Below are positions 42,952 through 52,378 of a stretch of DNA of 64,000 nt, piece after piece. Made by a program: the position numbers and the translations under genes. Position 1 is the stretch's first letter; each line of letters begins with the position of its first letter. The stretch is from a virus (taxonomy: Duplodnaviria; Heunggongvirae; Uroviricota; Caudoviricetes): IMG/VR virus record IMGVR_UViG_3300042892_001069, one strand, 5' to 3'. Under the pieces are notes generated by a model, which was not told where the DNA came from, searched no databases, and saw only the letters and a list, made by a program, of their open reading frames with translations.

Positions 42952-45202
42952 TTTCCAACATGTTGTCGGTGGTCAACAACGGTACCTTAACTGTTTTAGG
43001 TTTAGCAACTAACATAATCTTATCGTCTTGTACCGTAATAGTTAGCCAGCCACCACCTTTTAAGTCACCAAACAACATCATACGAGCAAGGTCACGTTTA
43101 ATTTCCTTGTCAATAACACGTTGTAGTGGACGAGCACCCATCTTAGCATCAAAGCCTTTATCAATAAGCCAATTAATAGCTTCCTTATCAATTTTAATAC
43201 GGATTGCTTTCTCTTTAACTTGCTCTTTTAATGTGTCTATGAACTTCATGACTACCTTAGTCATTGTTTCTTTGCCTAACTTGTTAAAGGTAATAACGCC
43301 GTCTAACCGATTACGGAATTCCGGTGTAAAGAATTTCTTTAAATCTTTGTCGCTGTAATCTTTTTCCTGGGTACCAAAACCAATAACATTCTTTTCGGCG
43401 TCTTGTGCCCCAGCATTGGTAGTAAGAATAAGAATTAAGTTGCGGCAGTCAGCTTGTTTGCCATTTGAACCTGTAATAAAACCGTTATCCATCATTTGTA
43501 ATAATACTGTACTCACATCTGGATGCGATTTTTCAACTTCGTCAAATAATAGAACAGCATTTGGGTTCTCTTGAACTTGGGTAATCAATAGCCCGGCATT
43601 TTCTTCAAAGCCGACATACCCCGGGGGACTACCAATCAGCTTACTAATGCTATGCTTCTCCTGATATTCTGACATATCAAAACGCAACAACTTAACACCC
43701 AGGTGCTTGGCTAGCGACTTAGCAGTTTCGGTCTTGCCGCAACCAGTTGGCCCCATAAATACAAAACTTCCAATTGGCTTGTTATCTGATTTTAGACCTG
43801 CTTGTGCTACAACGATCTTGTCAACTACTTCAGTTAGCGCAAGGTCTTGCCCATAAACCTCTTCTCCAAGTTTATCTTGTAGAGTGGCAAGTGTTTGACT
43901 TTCAGTTTCCATAACTTGCTCTTCGGGCAAGTTAATAATCTTACTTAATTCATGTTGAATTTCACGCTCAGTAACATTGCGGTCGTCTGCTAGTTTTAAA
44001 TTAAAACGTGAACAAGCTAAGTCAATTAAATCAATTGCCTTATCTGGCAATTTCTTATCTGTTTGATATTTAACGGATAGTTTAATTGCCGCATGTAACG
44101 CATCGTCTTTAATTTTAACTTTGTGAAATTCTTCGTAGTACTTCTTAATACCTTTAAGAATTTGTAGAGTTACTTCTACAGTTGGTTCATCAACTGTGAT
44201 ACGTTGGAATCGACGCATAAGCGCACGATCCTTTTCAAAGTGCTTGCGATACTCTTCCCAGGTAGTACTGGCCACAACTTTAATGTTGCCTTTGCTTAGA
44301 GCCGGTTTCATCATGTTAGCGAGATCGTTAGCTGAGTTACCAGCAGATCCTGCGCCAGAAATCATATGTGCCTCGTCAATGAACAGCACAGTCTTACCTT
44401 TCTTGGTGAGTGCCTTAAGTACTTGTTTAAACCGTTCTTCAAAGTCACCGCGATATTTACTACCAGCAAGCATCGCACTAATATCCAGGTTATAAACTGT
44501 ATAGTCTTTTAAGAAGTCTGGAACAGCACCCTTGACAATATTGTAGGCAAGTCCTTCTGCTATAGCAGTCTTACCTACACCTGGATCTCCAACGAGAATT
44601 ACGTTGTTCTTATTACGACGTCCCATCGCCAACGCAATGTTTTCTAACTCGTCAATTCGACCAATAACTGGATCGATCTTATTTTTCTTAACAGAGTCGT
44701 TTAAGTTTGTGGTAAATGATGCTAGTGCTCTGCTACTAGAATTATCTTGTTCCTCTACTTCATCCTGTTCGACTGAGTTGTTAATGTAATCGGCAAATTT
44801 ATCTTTATCAATGTTTGCTTGACCAATATAAAAATGCGCCCAACTACGCTTCTCGCCGATCATTGCAAGGAACACATCAGTTGGTTCGATCCGTTGACGT
44901 CCATTAAATAACACTTGTGTAAACGCACGATTAAGTACACGTTCAACTGATTGGGTTTTCTTTGGCTTAACTACTACATCTTGTACAGTAATTTCGGCAC
45001 ACTTATGTTGAAGATACTCGCCAAGATTTTTTCTTAGATGCTCGGCATCGGCACCGTACCCTTGAATAGTATTAGTAAACGACTCCTCTAACAACATTGC
45101 AAATAATAAATGCTCTATAGTTAGATATTCGTGATGTAATTTTTTAGCAGTATCAATTGCTTTTTCAAAAACTGCTTGTAAATTGTCGCTTGGTTCAACC
45201 AT
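42941..45202 (-). CDS. clpA: ClpA-type ATP-dependent Clp protease ATPase subunit
   Basis: Clp N-domain HEYLTIEHLL, NBD1 GDPGVGKT/FIDEAH, NBD2 GPTGCGKT/LFDEVEK, IGF ClpP-docking loop; too short for a ClpB middle domain. Confidence 0.92.
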   Translation of the reverse strand: MVEPSDNLQAVFEKAIDTAKKLHHEYLTIEHLLFAMLLEESFTNTIQGYGADAEHLRKNLGEYLQHKCAEITVQDVVVKPKKTQSVERVLNRAFTQVLFNGRQRIEPTDVFLAMIGEKRSWAHFYIGQANIDKDKFADYINNSVEQDEVEEQDNSSSRALASFTTNLNDSVKKNKIDPVIGRIDELENIALAMGRRNKNNVILVGDPGVGKTAIAEGLAYNIVKGAVPDFLKDYTVYNLDISAMLAGSKYRGDFEERFKQVLKALTKKGKTVLFIDEAHMISGAGSAGNSANDLANMMKPALSKGNIKVVASTTWEEYRKHFEKDRALMRRFQRITVDEPTVEVTLQILKGIKKYYEEFHKVKIKDDALHAAIKLSVKYQTDKKLPDKAIDLIDLACSRFNLKLADDRNVTEREIQHELSKIINLPEEQVMETESQTLATLQDKLGEEVYGQDLALTEVVDKIVVAQAGLKSDNKPIGSFVFMGPTGCGKTETAKSLAKHLGVKLLRFDMSEYQEKHSISKLIGSPPGYVGFEENAGLLITQVQENPNAVLLFDEVEKSHPDVSTVLLQMMDNGFITGSNGKQADCRNLILILTTNAGAQDAEKNVIGFGTQEKDYSDKDLKKFFTPEFRNRLDGVITFNKLGKETMTKVVMKFIDTLKEQVKEKAIRIKIDKEAINWLIDKGFDAKMGARPLQRVIDKEIKRDLARMMLFGDLKGGGWLTITVQDDKIMLVAKPKTVKVPLLTTDNMLENAN

Positions 45203-45683
45203 TTAATTTCCTTTGTTTTTTCCGTGCCATTTGTAATTTTAAATCACTTACGTATTCTGTAAATGTAATCCCATCTAAATGATCCAATTCATGTTGGAAA
45301 CATCTGGAGTCAATGCCATCAAGTTCTATTATACACTGTTTGCCAGCGTTGTCAAGATAAGCGGCAGTAATTTTATTATGTCTTTTAACTTTGAGCCAAA
45401 GATTTGGAAAACTTAAACAGCCTTCCTCAGCTTCTTCTAGATCATTATCCCCAAGCATAACCCATGGATTAAAGCATCCAAGTTCATGTCCGTCTGTAGT
45501 ACGCATAACAAACACTCTGCGTAGCAGTCCAACTTGATTAGCGGCAAGACCGATTCCTTTGTTAGCTTTCATTATTTCTAACATCTCTTGTTCTACTACC
45601 GCGGCATTAATGTGATTTTTAAAATCCCAAGGTTCAGCTTTTTGTTTAAGTATTGGATCAGACTCGTGAATTAATTTCATCAT
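45195..45683 (-). CDS. def: peptide deformylase
   Basis: GIGLAANQ, EGCLS, QHELDH. Confidence 0.95.
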   Translation of the reverse strand: MMKLIHESDPILKQKAEPWDFKNHINAAVVEQEMLEIMKANKGIGLAANQVGLLRRVFVMRTTDGHELGCFNPWVMLGDNDLEEAEEGCLSFPNLWLKVKRHNKITAAYLDNAGKQCIIELDGIDSRCFQHELDHLDGITFTEYVSDLKLQMARKKQRKLNG

Positions 45684-46527
45684 TGAGTTGTTTTAACCTT
45701 GCTACTAAATCTGGATCAGTTACTGCTGGCGCCTTAATATTTACTACAATTACAAATCTTCCTTTGTATCCAGAATGAGGATTAGTAAATCCTTGTCCTG
45801 CGCTGGCAAATTCTGTACCAACGTTTATTCCGGGGCGCAGGTCAAGTGGCATAGTATTGCCGGTAATTGACACGGCAACTTTTTGACAGCCAACCATTGC
45901 TTCTATCGGTGTAACGTCTATAGTTGTATAGAGGTCGTCACCACGGCGCTCAAATTTGCCGGCAGGGTCGCCCAACACAACAATAGTTACATTCAAATGA
46001 CCTCGAGGCGCATGGGGGAAACTATCGTCACCTAATCCTGCGTATCTAATAGTTTCACCGTGGGTAATTCCGGGAGGCACATTGATAACAACAGTTTGTG
46101 GTTTGCCACTAGGCAATCTATAGTTAGCTTCTAACTGTTTCCCCAAGTAAGAATCTAGCAAGCTGATTTGACATTGAATATTTAAGTCTCGGTTGCGCCG
46201 TTGATTCCCGCCACGCATATGACCAAAAATATCACCAAACGGGTGACCTTGACCAAACGGATTTCCACCGCCACCAAACATATCACCAAACGGATCTCCT
46301 GTGGTGAATCGAACTTGTGGACCACCGCCGTACATACGTTGTTGATCGTATTCGGCTTTCTTTTGGGCGTTACTTAATACATCGTACGCAACACTTATAT
46401 CTTTGAATTTGGCTTGATCACCGCCTTTGTCCGGGTGGTGTTTATTAGCCAAGCTTCTGTAGGCTTTTTTAATTTCGTCTGGGCTAGCTTGTTCGCCAAC
46501 ACCTAAGGTTTGGTAATAGTCAGTCAT
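45658..46527 (-). CDS. dnaJ: DnaJ/CbpA-type co-chaperone (no Zn finger)
   Basis: J domain YYQTLG...IKKAYR...HHPDKGG, G/F-rich linker, DnaJ C-terminal domain. Confidence 0.92.
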   Translation of the reverse strand: MTDYYQTLGVGEQASPDEIKKAYRSLANKHHPDKGGDQAKFKDISVAYDVLSNAQKKAEYDQQRMYGGGPQVRFTTGDPFGDMFGGGGNPFGQGHPFGDIFGHMRGGNQRRNRDLNIQCQISLLDSYLGKQLEANYRLPSGKPQTVVINVPPGITHGETIRYAGLGDDSFPHAPRGHLNVTIVVLGDPAGKFERRGDDLYTTIDVTPIEAMVGCQKVAVSITGNTMPLDLRPGINVGTEFASAGQGFTNPHSGYKGRFVIVVNIKAPAVTDPDLVARLKQLNDEINSRV

Positions 46528-46558
46528 GGTCGTAAAAAAGGCTCCATTAATAGTATTA

Positions 46559-46587
46559 ATTATACTATCTTAAATGGAGCCTGTCAA
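46559..46587 (-). promoter_or_regulatory. sigma70 promoter TTGACA-17-TATAAT embedded in a terminator-like inverted repeat
   Basis: Arms AGGCTCCATT (46539-46548) and AATGGAGCCT (46573-46582), inner ATAGTAT/ATACTAT, followed by a T-run on the minus strand. Confidence 0.8.
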
Positions 46588-46595
46588 GAGTTTGA

Positions 46596-46817
46596 TTACT
46601 TCTTTTTAGGATCTGGCTTAGTACCTTCTACAGTAGTGCCTTCCACTTTCTTGTGAACTTTAATTTTCTTACAAACTTGGACTGGTTTTCCGGCTTTGTC
46701 GTTTACAACTTTTCCGGCCTTGTCCGTTTTGTCTTTACAAACTTCTTTAATCTCCGCGGCAGCGTATACGTTGCCCACTAATGCTAAACTTGCTACTAAT
46801 GCTAATAATAATTTCAT
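46596..46817 (-). CDS. small secreted Lys-rich protein
   Basis: Signal peptide MKLLLALVASLALVGNVYA, then two Cys; AAGGA RBS. Confidence 0.7.
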   Translation of the reverse strand: MKLLLALVASLALVGNVYAAAEIKEVCKDKTDKAGKVVNDKAGKPVQVCKKIKVHKKVEGTTVEGTKPDPKKK

Positions 46818-46827
46818 TTTAGTTTCC

Positions 46828-47376
46828 TTATAGAACTGGATCAGCTTCTTGCGCTGGCCCAAATTTACCGTTGCTTGCCATTACTGGTGCTTTTGATGCT
46901 ACTGGTGTTGTCCCCCAGCTCGGTGCCGTGTTAACTGGCCCAGACGTTGGTGCTCCAAAGCCTGAACCGCCACCAAAGCTACTTGGCGCTGGTGAATTAA
47001 AACCGCCGGAGTTGCCGAAGCCTCCTGATTGCGGTTGGCTAAATGTTGAAGACCCGCCCGCAAATCCTGCTCCTGATGTTTGTGCCCCACCATTATTTGC
47101 CCCACCTAATTTTTCTTGTGTACGACCAAATGCCGCAATACCTAATACTGCGCCCATAGCAATGTGGAATAAACCAGCACCTTGTAGTGTTAGCGGGTTC
47201 CATTGTACCATATTTGCTGTGTGTAATACTGCGTGTAACAGTGACCATAGTACAGGGAATAATACAAAGTCACATGTACATACAACCATGTACATCCAGC
47301 CCATCATCGGACGCCATTTACTGTTCATCCAATCTTCTTTTTTTAATTCGCTTGCGCTTTTAACTTCTTCGCTCAT
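46828..47376 (-). CDS. holin-like membrane protein (GTA 3TM-holin-like) with G/S/F-rich tail
   Basis: W..SKWRPMMGWMY...DF.LFP...W.PLTLQGAGLFHIAMGAVLG...GRTQEK. Confidence 0.65.
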   Translation of the reverse strand: MSEEVKSASELKKEDWMNSKWRPMMGWMYMVVCTCDFVLFPVLWSLLHAVLHTANMVQWNPLTLQGAGLFHIAMGAVLGIAAFGRTQEKLGGANNGGAQTSGAGFAGGSSTFSQPQSGGFGNSGGFNSPAPSSFGGGSGFGAPTSGPVNTAPSWGTTPVASKAPVMASNGKFGPAQEADPVL

Positions 47377-47396
47377 TTGTCGCTCCTATTATCTGT

Positions 47397-47960
47397 TTAA
47401 AACCAAAGGAATAAGCCGTTTAGACTTAATATTATTCCAAACCCTGCTACAGCAAAACTGCCCCAGAACATAGCCATGCTTACTGCTAAAATACTTGCCG
47501 ACAGCACAACAATCGCCAACTGGTAAGCTGTTGAAGCATAACCGATCCACGGACTAGAATGTTTTGCTATCTCGCGCTCTGCTTCCATTTTACGGGCATT
47601 GACAGCAATTTCTTTCTTGTCAGCATCCATACGCTCTGCTTCTGCTTTGAATTCCGCTTTTAGTTTAGGGTCGTTAGTTGTTTTACTTGCAATTTCAAAA
47701 CTAACTAAACGATTGTTCTTAGCTTGATACTGTGCCCACGCATTGTTTGCGCCTAGTGTATTGCTCAATACTGTGCTGGACAATTTACCACTGTACCAGG
47801 CGTTAACTGCTAGTAACAATGCGAATACGGAAATGACCATACCTGCTTTGTCTTTTAATTTTGCCTCACGTTCGCTACGTGAACCTACCGGCGGTTTTGG
47901 TTCATCCGGATTTTTTGGTTGTTTAGTTACTAAATTTAGTACTGAATCTATTAATGCCAT
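47397..47960 (-). CDS. membrane protein (DUF4337-like)
   Basis: N-terminal TM, A.NAWAQYQAK motif, coiled coil, two C-terminal TM helices. Confidence 0.6.
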   Translation of the reverse strand: MALIDSVLNLVTKQPKNPDEPKPPVGSRSEREAKLKDKAGMVISVFALLLAVNAWYSGKLSSTVLSNTLGANNAWAQYQAKNNRLVSFEIASKTTNDPKLKAEFKAEAERMDADKKEIAVNARKMEAEREIAKHSSPWIGYASTAYQLAIVVLSASILAVSMAMFWGSFAVAGFGIILSLNGLFLWF

Positions 47961-47985
47961 TATTCGCTCCTACTATAATGTACTA

Positions 47986-48606
47986 TTATTTAACTGATTC
48001 GAAGATTTTCTTCTGCTCCTTGTACCATTCTTGCCATGCTTCTAGTTTAGCCGCATTTTCATGGCAGCTACCGTAGTTTTCAACAACTCTGTCTAAGAGT
48101 TGACTGGCTTTAACTTCACTGGGGGTTCCATCAGTTGAGGCGGCACGCTCGGCCACTTCATTACGACTGGCGCTGTCGTGCAAGCTGATAGTAGACTTAG
48201 GCAAACTACAACTAGCATCCAATTGCTTACCCGCAACTTCTTTAATGATTTCTCTATTGACATAAACGTTTTCCTTCACTACTTTTATCTTAGTAATTAC
48301 TTTTTCTTGTATAACTGTGTTGACCTGCTGACTTTTCTCTTCGGCAACCTTAACTTTTGCTTCTAATTCTGCTACACGAGATAACCACGCTTGTTGTACA
48401 CCGTGCCCGCCATAGAAGTATGCTCCTACTACTAACAACACAACACCAACTAATTCTGCTGGGAGTTTATACTGACCCATCATAGGAATCCACGTTACAA
48501 GTTTACTGGCAATGTAAAGAGAAACTCCTGCAGTTAGAATTATGTAATAAATCCAAACAAACAGACTATCTGGAATAAGGCTCAACATCCATTGAATTTG
48601 TCCCAT
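47986..48606 (-). CDS. putative inner-membrane spanin (Rz-like)
   Basis: N-terminal TM helices, then a coiled coil and a C-terminal region with two Cys; lies next to the endolysin. Confidence 0.5.
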   Translation of the reverse strand: MGQIQWMLSLIPDSLFVWIYYIILTAGVSLYIASKLVTWIPMMGQYKLPAELVGVVLLVVGAYFYGGHGVQQAWLSRVAELEAKVKVAEEKSQQVNTVIQEKVITKIKVVKENVYVNREIIKEVAGKQLDASCSLPKSTISLHDSASRNEVAERAASTDGTPSEVKASQLLDRVVENYGSCHENAAKLEAWQEWYKEQKKIFESVK

Positions 48607-48612
48607 AGTGGC

Positions 48613-49242
48613 TTAGCCGTGTAGAACGTGAATAGCGTGGTTGTAGTGCTTAATACGATCTTCTAATCCAATAGTACCGCCATTGATACGTTTTGTTAAC
48701 GTTAGCATGTCACTTGAGTCTGCCCATTGATTTAAATTGTTGGCCTCCCAGAACCAGCAAGCTGATTGAATTGCGCCTTCAAAGGTTGCTAGAAATTCTG
48801 GAAGTTCTTCTACAGGAGTTTCGATACTATCAGCAAAGTTTTGATAATTTTGCTTACCAGTTAACTGAATAAGACCGCGACCGCAATAACGGAAACCGTC
48901 ACCGCTGGCTTCATCGCCGTTACCCATACGATTTCCGTATACACGATTAGCAATCATTTCTGGTTTTTGTGCGTAAGCATTTGCTAGTTCATCAGTTGGA
49001 AAGTACTTAGGAAATACTTTACGTAGTGTTACCGCACGATAATTTAAGTTTTCTTTTAATGCTTTGTACCCGCCTGACTCGTGCGCGGTCTGTGCTAGAA
49101 ATGCTGCCACTCGATTAGTAGTATTAATTTCGTAATCTGGAAGAATCTTGCAAAGTGCTTCATACCAATGAGACACATACTGATTGCCAGGGATAATCTG
49201 TGCTAGTTTTTCTGGTGTAAATTCAAAATCAAAATCTGACAT
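48613..49242 (-). CDS. GH19 (chitinase-like) endolysin
   Basis: AAFLAQTAHESGG, YCGRGLIQLTGKQNY, ACWFW, TKRINGG. Confidence 0.9.
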   Translation of the reverse strand: MSDFDFEFTPEKLAQIIPGNQYVSHWYEALCKILPDYEINTTNRVAAFLAQTAHESGGYKALKENLNYRAVTLRKVFPKYFPTDELANAYAQKPEMIANRVYGNRMGNGDEASGDGFRYCGRGLIQLTGKQNYQNFADSIETPVEELPEFLATFEGAIQSACWFWEANNLNQWADSSDMLTLTKRINGGTIGLEDRIKHYNHAIHVLHG

Positions 49243-49979
49243 TATAGTTTCCTTTTAAGAGCAACGGCCCAGCCGCTGTTTTCAAATATAAATGTATCAC
49301 CAATTTTGGTAATATTGTAGGGTCCAATATACTTAGACAAAAACATGACTTCAGCCATACTTGAGCTTTCTAACATAATAGGACCTTGTACTGCGTCATA
49401 CACTTGTTGGCGGGTGCCGCTAGTAATAATATTAAATTTTACTAAATCACCGTAGCTCTTTTTAAAGCTAATCGATTCGTCAAGTAAATTAATTTCTTCA
49501 GCATAACTATTTCTAAAGAAGTTGCTAAAGTTTTCCAACATATTTTCTTCTGTAGCAATGTTGTAAGATTCAGCGTCTGTTGGAATAGCTAATTCTAAAT
49601 TCTCTAATGATGCTTCTTGGCTTTTAAAACTTTTAAAATATCTAAATCGCATATTAGGTTCGTCACACAATCTCTTAACACCGTCTAACACTGCGTTAAT
49701 TTGACTAGCAACGTGTCTGCTACGCTCTAACTCAACAAACACTCGATATTTGCCATCGTCCATTTCGCCCGGAGTAATATCTGCGTCAAGAACAAAGTCA
49801 TAGCCCATCTCAATAAAATTTTCAAGATCTCTAGCAGGATCTTCGCCGTCGACGGTAAATGCTACTACAACAATATCTTCGTCGTCGCCAATTTTACTTT
49901 TATACGAATCAATCTCAAACACTTTTTTAACAAAGTGTCTTAAGTCAGTAGCACGTAAACTTTCTGTAATGTGTTTCAT
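49242..49979 (-). CDS. hypothetical protein
   Basis: 245-aa ORF, TAATG-coupled to the endolysin. Confidence 0.65.
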   Translation of the reverse strand: MKHITESLRATDLRHFVKKVFEIDSYKSKIGDDEDIVVVAFTVDGEDPARDLENFIEMGYDFVLDADITPGEMDDGKYRVFVELERSRHVASQINAVLDGVKRLCDEPNMRFRYFKSFKSQEASLENLELAIPTDAESYNIATEENMLENFSNFFRNSYAEEINLLDESISFKKSYGDLVKFNIITSGTRQQVYDAVQGPIMLESSSMAEVMFLSKYIGPYNITKIGDTFIFENSGWAVALKRKL

Positions 49980-49981
49980 AA

Positions 49982-50557
49982 TTATACCGGTGGAGCCGCG
50001 GCTGCGCCTGCTGGAGCAGGCATACCGCCAGGAGCAGGAGCCGCACCACCCGGTGCCGCAGGAGCAGGCATACCGCCAGGAGCAGGTGTTCCTGCTTTAG
50101 GAGCAGTGGCTTCTTGATCTTGATTTTCGTTCTTCATCTTGTCCATGTAGCCTTTGTATATATCAAAGGCTACTTTCTTTGGCATTTGAATTTCAACAAT
50201 CCAAATAGGTTTATGATCTAATTTACCTTTTTTAGTGCCCGGGCGAAGGTCATCTGGTGTGCGGATCTTTCTAGGCTCGATCAAATGGCTCTTTTCATAT
50301 GATATTTTACAACCTAAGTCTAATAATCGTTTAGCGCCATCTGGATCTGGCATTTTATTCTTTGGCCACATAAAACTAGCAGTTATCCAATGACGGTCTA
50401 CAATTGGACCCGATGCTAGTTCACCATCTTCCCAATTATCATACACATATAGATCCATCACGTCAAGCACACGCTCAAAGTCTTTCAATACACTGATGCT
50501 AGTGTTGTTTTCGTATAGATCATCTATGTTACGGATTATGTCTAAAATATCATGCAT
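49982..50557 (-). CDS. hypothetical protein with P/A-rich tail
   Basis: 191 aa; CTAAATA upstream. Confidence 0.65.
   Translation of the reverse strand: MHDILDIIRNIDDLYENNTSISVLKDFERVLDVMDLYVYDNWEDGELASGPIVDRHWITASFMWPKNKMPDPDGAKRLLDLGCKISYEKSHLIEPRKIRTPDDLRPGTKKGKLDHKPIWIVEIQMPKKVAFDIYKGYMDKMKNENQDQEATAPKAGTPAPGGMPAPAAPGGAAPAPGGMPAPAGAAAAPPV
50013..50086. repeat. 26-bp exact direct repeat (encodes PAPGGMPAP)
   Basis: ggagcaggcataccgccaggagcagg at 50013-50038 and 50061-50086. Confidence 0.85.
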
Positions 50558-50646
50558 GAGAGTTCCTAGAATTCATTATACTTATTTAGCTGGTTTGAAA
50601 TCATAAGCTAACAGTTTATTATTCTAGGTATCGGTTAAATAATAGT

Positions 50647-50713
50647 GTAGGACCTCTGTAGTAATCGAGGCGGTCGCTACAAGTCCTACTTTTACATTAC
50701 ATTAAAGTAGGAG
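50647..50713 (+). promoter_or_regulatory. structured phoH 5' leader with competing stems
   Basis: GTAGGAC(50647-53)/GTCCTAC(50683-89) competes with TCCTACTTT(50684-92)/AAAGTAGGA(50704-12), which covers the AGGAG RBS. Confidence 0.55.
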
Positions 50714-50721
50714 CAACTTAG

Positions 50722-51438
50722 ATGACAAAAAGAGTGAAAAAACGCTTTACATCAGAAGTTAAAGTCATTGACTTTCAACCATACCTTCCTCAAAAGAAGC
50801 AACGTGTTAGCCTTCAGGCGCGAAATGCCAACCAGAAGATTTACATACAAAAACTCCAAGACGAACAAAAAAGCATTATATTTGCTATTGGGCCAGCAGG
50901 CACAGGCAAAACTATGCTAGCAGTTCAACATGGAATTAAATTGTTTCAAGAAGGTGTAGTAGACAAGATTATTGTGACTAGACCCGCCGTTTCCGTAGAT
51001 GAAGATTTAGGATTTTTGCCAGGTACGCTAAATGAAAAGATGGCCCCGTGGACAAGACCAATATTTGACGTACTTGGAGAATATTATAAACAAACAGACA
51101 TAGCTAAAATGCTAGAGGATGGAACTATTGAGATTAGCCCGCTTGCTTATATGCGAGGCAGAACATTTAAAAATGCTTACATTATTGCTGACGAGTGCCA
51201 GAATACTACAGCTAATCAAATGAAGATGCTACTTACACGCTTAGGTGAAGGATCTAAGATGGTAGTGACAGGAGATTTAGCCCAAGCAGATCGTATGAAC
51301 GATAATGGTCTAATAGAATTTTGCAATTTATTATCGAAGAAACCTGGACTTAAACACATTGATATAGTCCAGTTCGATCATAAAGATATTGAAAGACACG
51401 ATGCCGTTAAGGAGGTGTTGTCAATATACGGTGATTAA
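50722..51438 (+). CDS. phoH: PhoH-family ATPase
   Basis: GPAGTGKT, TRPAV...LGFLPG...KM.PW, AYMRGRTF, ADECQN, LTRLGEGSKMVVTGD. Confidence 0.95.
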   Translation: MTKRVKKRFTSEVKVIDFQPYLPQKKQRVSLQARNANQKIYIQKLQDEQKSIIFAIGPAGTGKTMLAVQHGIKLFQEGVVDKIIVTRPAVSVDEDLGFLPGTLNEKMAPWTRPIFDVLGEYYKQTDIAKMLEDGTIEISPLAYMRGRTFKNAYIIADECQNTTANQMKMLLTRLGEGSKMVVTGDLAQADRMNDNGLIEFCNLLSKKPGLKHIDIVQFDHKDIERHDAVKEVLSIYGD

Positions 51439-51461
51439 AAAAGGGCCTTCGGGCCCTTTTT
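51438..51461. terminator. bidirectional intrinsic terminator
   Basis: AAAAAGGGCC-TTCG-GGCCCTTTTT between convergent phoH and clamp loader genes. Confidence 0.9.
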
Positions 51462-51463
51462 GT

Positions 51464-52378
51464 TTACAAGTGACTTAATCTTATCAGGGTTGCGGCTAAG
51501 TTAATTTCAGCATCACTGACCAACGCATGATCTGCTAGTCCTGCTTTAATAATAAGGATAGCTTTATCTTGAGTTGGCTCGTCACCAAATATAGTAATGT
51601 TGTCGTATAGCCAACGATAAATTTCTTCCATCTCTTCTGGACGAGCTTGGCTACATACTAGCTTACGTGCCTCACTAATCTTCCCAGCTTTAAACAACGC
51701 AACCATTTCAAGTTTGTAATCAGCTTGACCGCTGTCACCTTTTTCCGGGCTGTGTAATTTACCATCTAAACTATTCATTTGAACAGTATTAATACACTTA
51801 CGCAAATCTGGATACGTTGCTTTAACAAACGTGTCTAAAGTGTCTAGTTCAAACTCTACTGCTTCTGTAATCAGAATCTCAGCAATACGGGCAGTGAATT
51901 CAGTAATGTCTACACGTTCAATATGAAAGCCTTGGCAACGGCTATGTAACGCAGGAATAATTCTATTAGGATAGTTACAAGTAAGAATAAACCTAGCAGT
52001 AGTATGATACTCCTCCATAACACCTCGCAATGCTGCCTGTGCGTTTGGACTTAGATAATCTGCCTCGTCTAGTAATACTACTTTAAAATCACCAAACGGA
52101 ATCATCTGTACAAAATTAACAATCTTGTCACGAACATCCTCAACTGAGTTAGTCCGACTTGCGTTAATTTCTAAAATATCGTATTCATTTAACTCAAGTT
52201 CATTAAACAAAATTTTAGCTAGAGTAGTTTTGCCAATGCCGGCGTTGCCACTAAACAACAAATGAGGGATTGATTTTTGTTTAATCCATCCTTGTACTTG
52301 TTCTTTCTGGTGGTTATCTCTAAACACGTATCCGTCAACAGTGGCCGGTCTATATTTCTCTACCCATAATTCTTTCAT
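51464..52378 (-). CDS. clamp loader small subunit (RFC/gp44-like)
   Basis: True start MKELWVEKYRP; GNAGIGKT, EINAS, LLDEAD, HSRC, DLRKCIN. Confidence 0.92.
   Translation of the reverse strand: MKELWVEKYRPATVDGYVFRDNHQKEQVQGWIKQKSIPHLLFSGNAGIGKTTLAKILFNELELNEYDILEINASRTNSVEDVRDKIVNFVQMIPFGDFKVVLLDEADYLSPNAQAALRGVMEEYHTTARFILTCNYPNRIIPALHSRCQGFHIERVDITEFTARIAEILITEAVEFELDTLDTFVKATYPDLRKCINTVQMNSLDGKLHSPEKGDSGQADYKLEMVALFKAGKISEARKLVCSQARPEEMEEIYRWLYDNITIFGDEPTQDKAILIIKAGLADHALVSDAEINLAATLIRLSHL

Noticed and set aside
46871-47473. 200-aa plus-strand ORF, and similar long antisense ORFs (32961..33344, 54927..55316, 42960..43358, 58758..59111)
   Set aside because: They are mirror frames of well-supported minus-strand genes with G/A/P-rich or biased codons; no RBS or motif support.
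50013-50086. 26-bp direct repeat as a CRISPR or att-like element
   Set aside because: Only two in-frame copies inside a Pro/Ala-rich coding tail; no cas or integrase gene.
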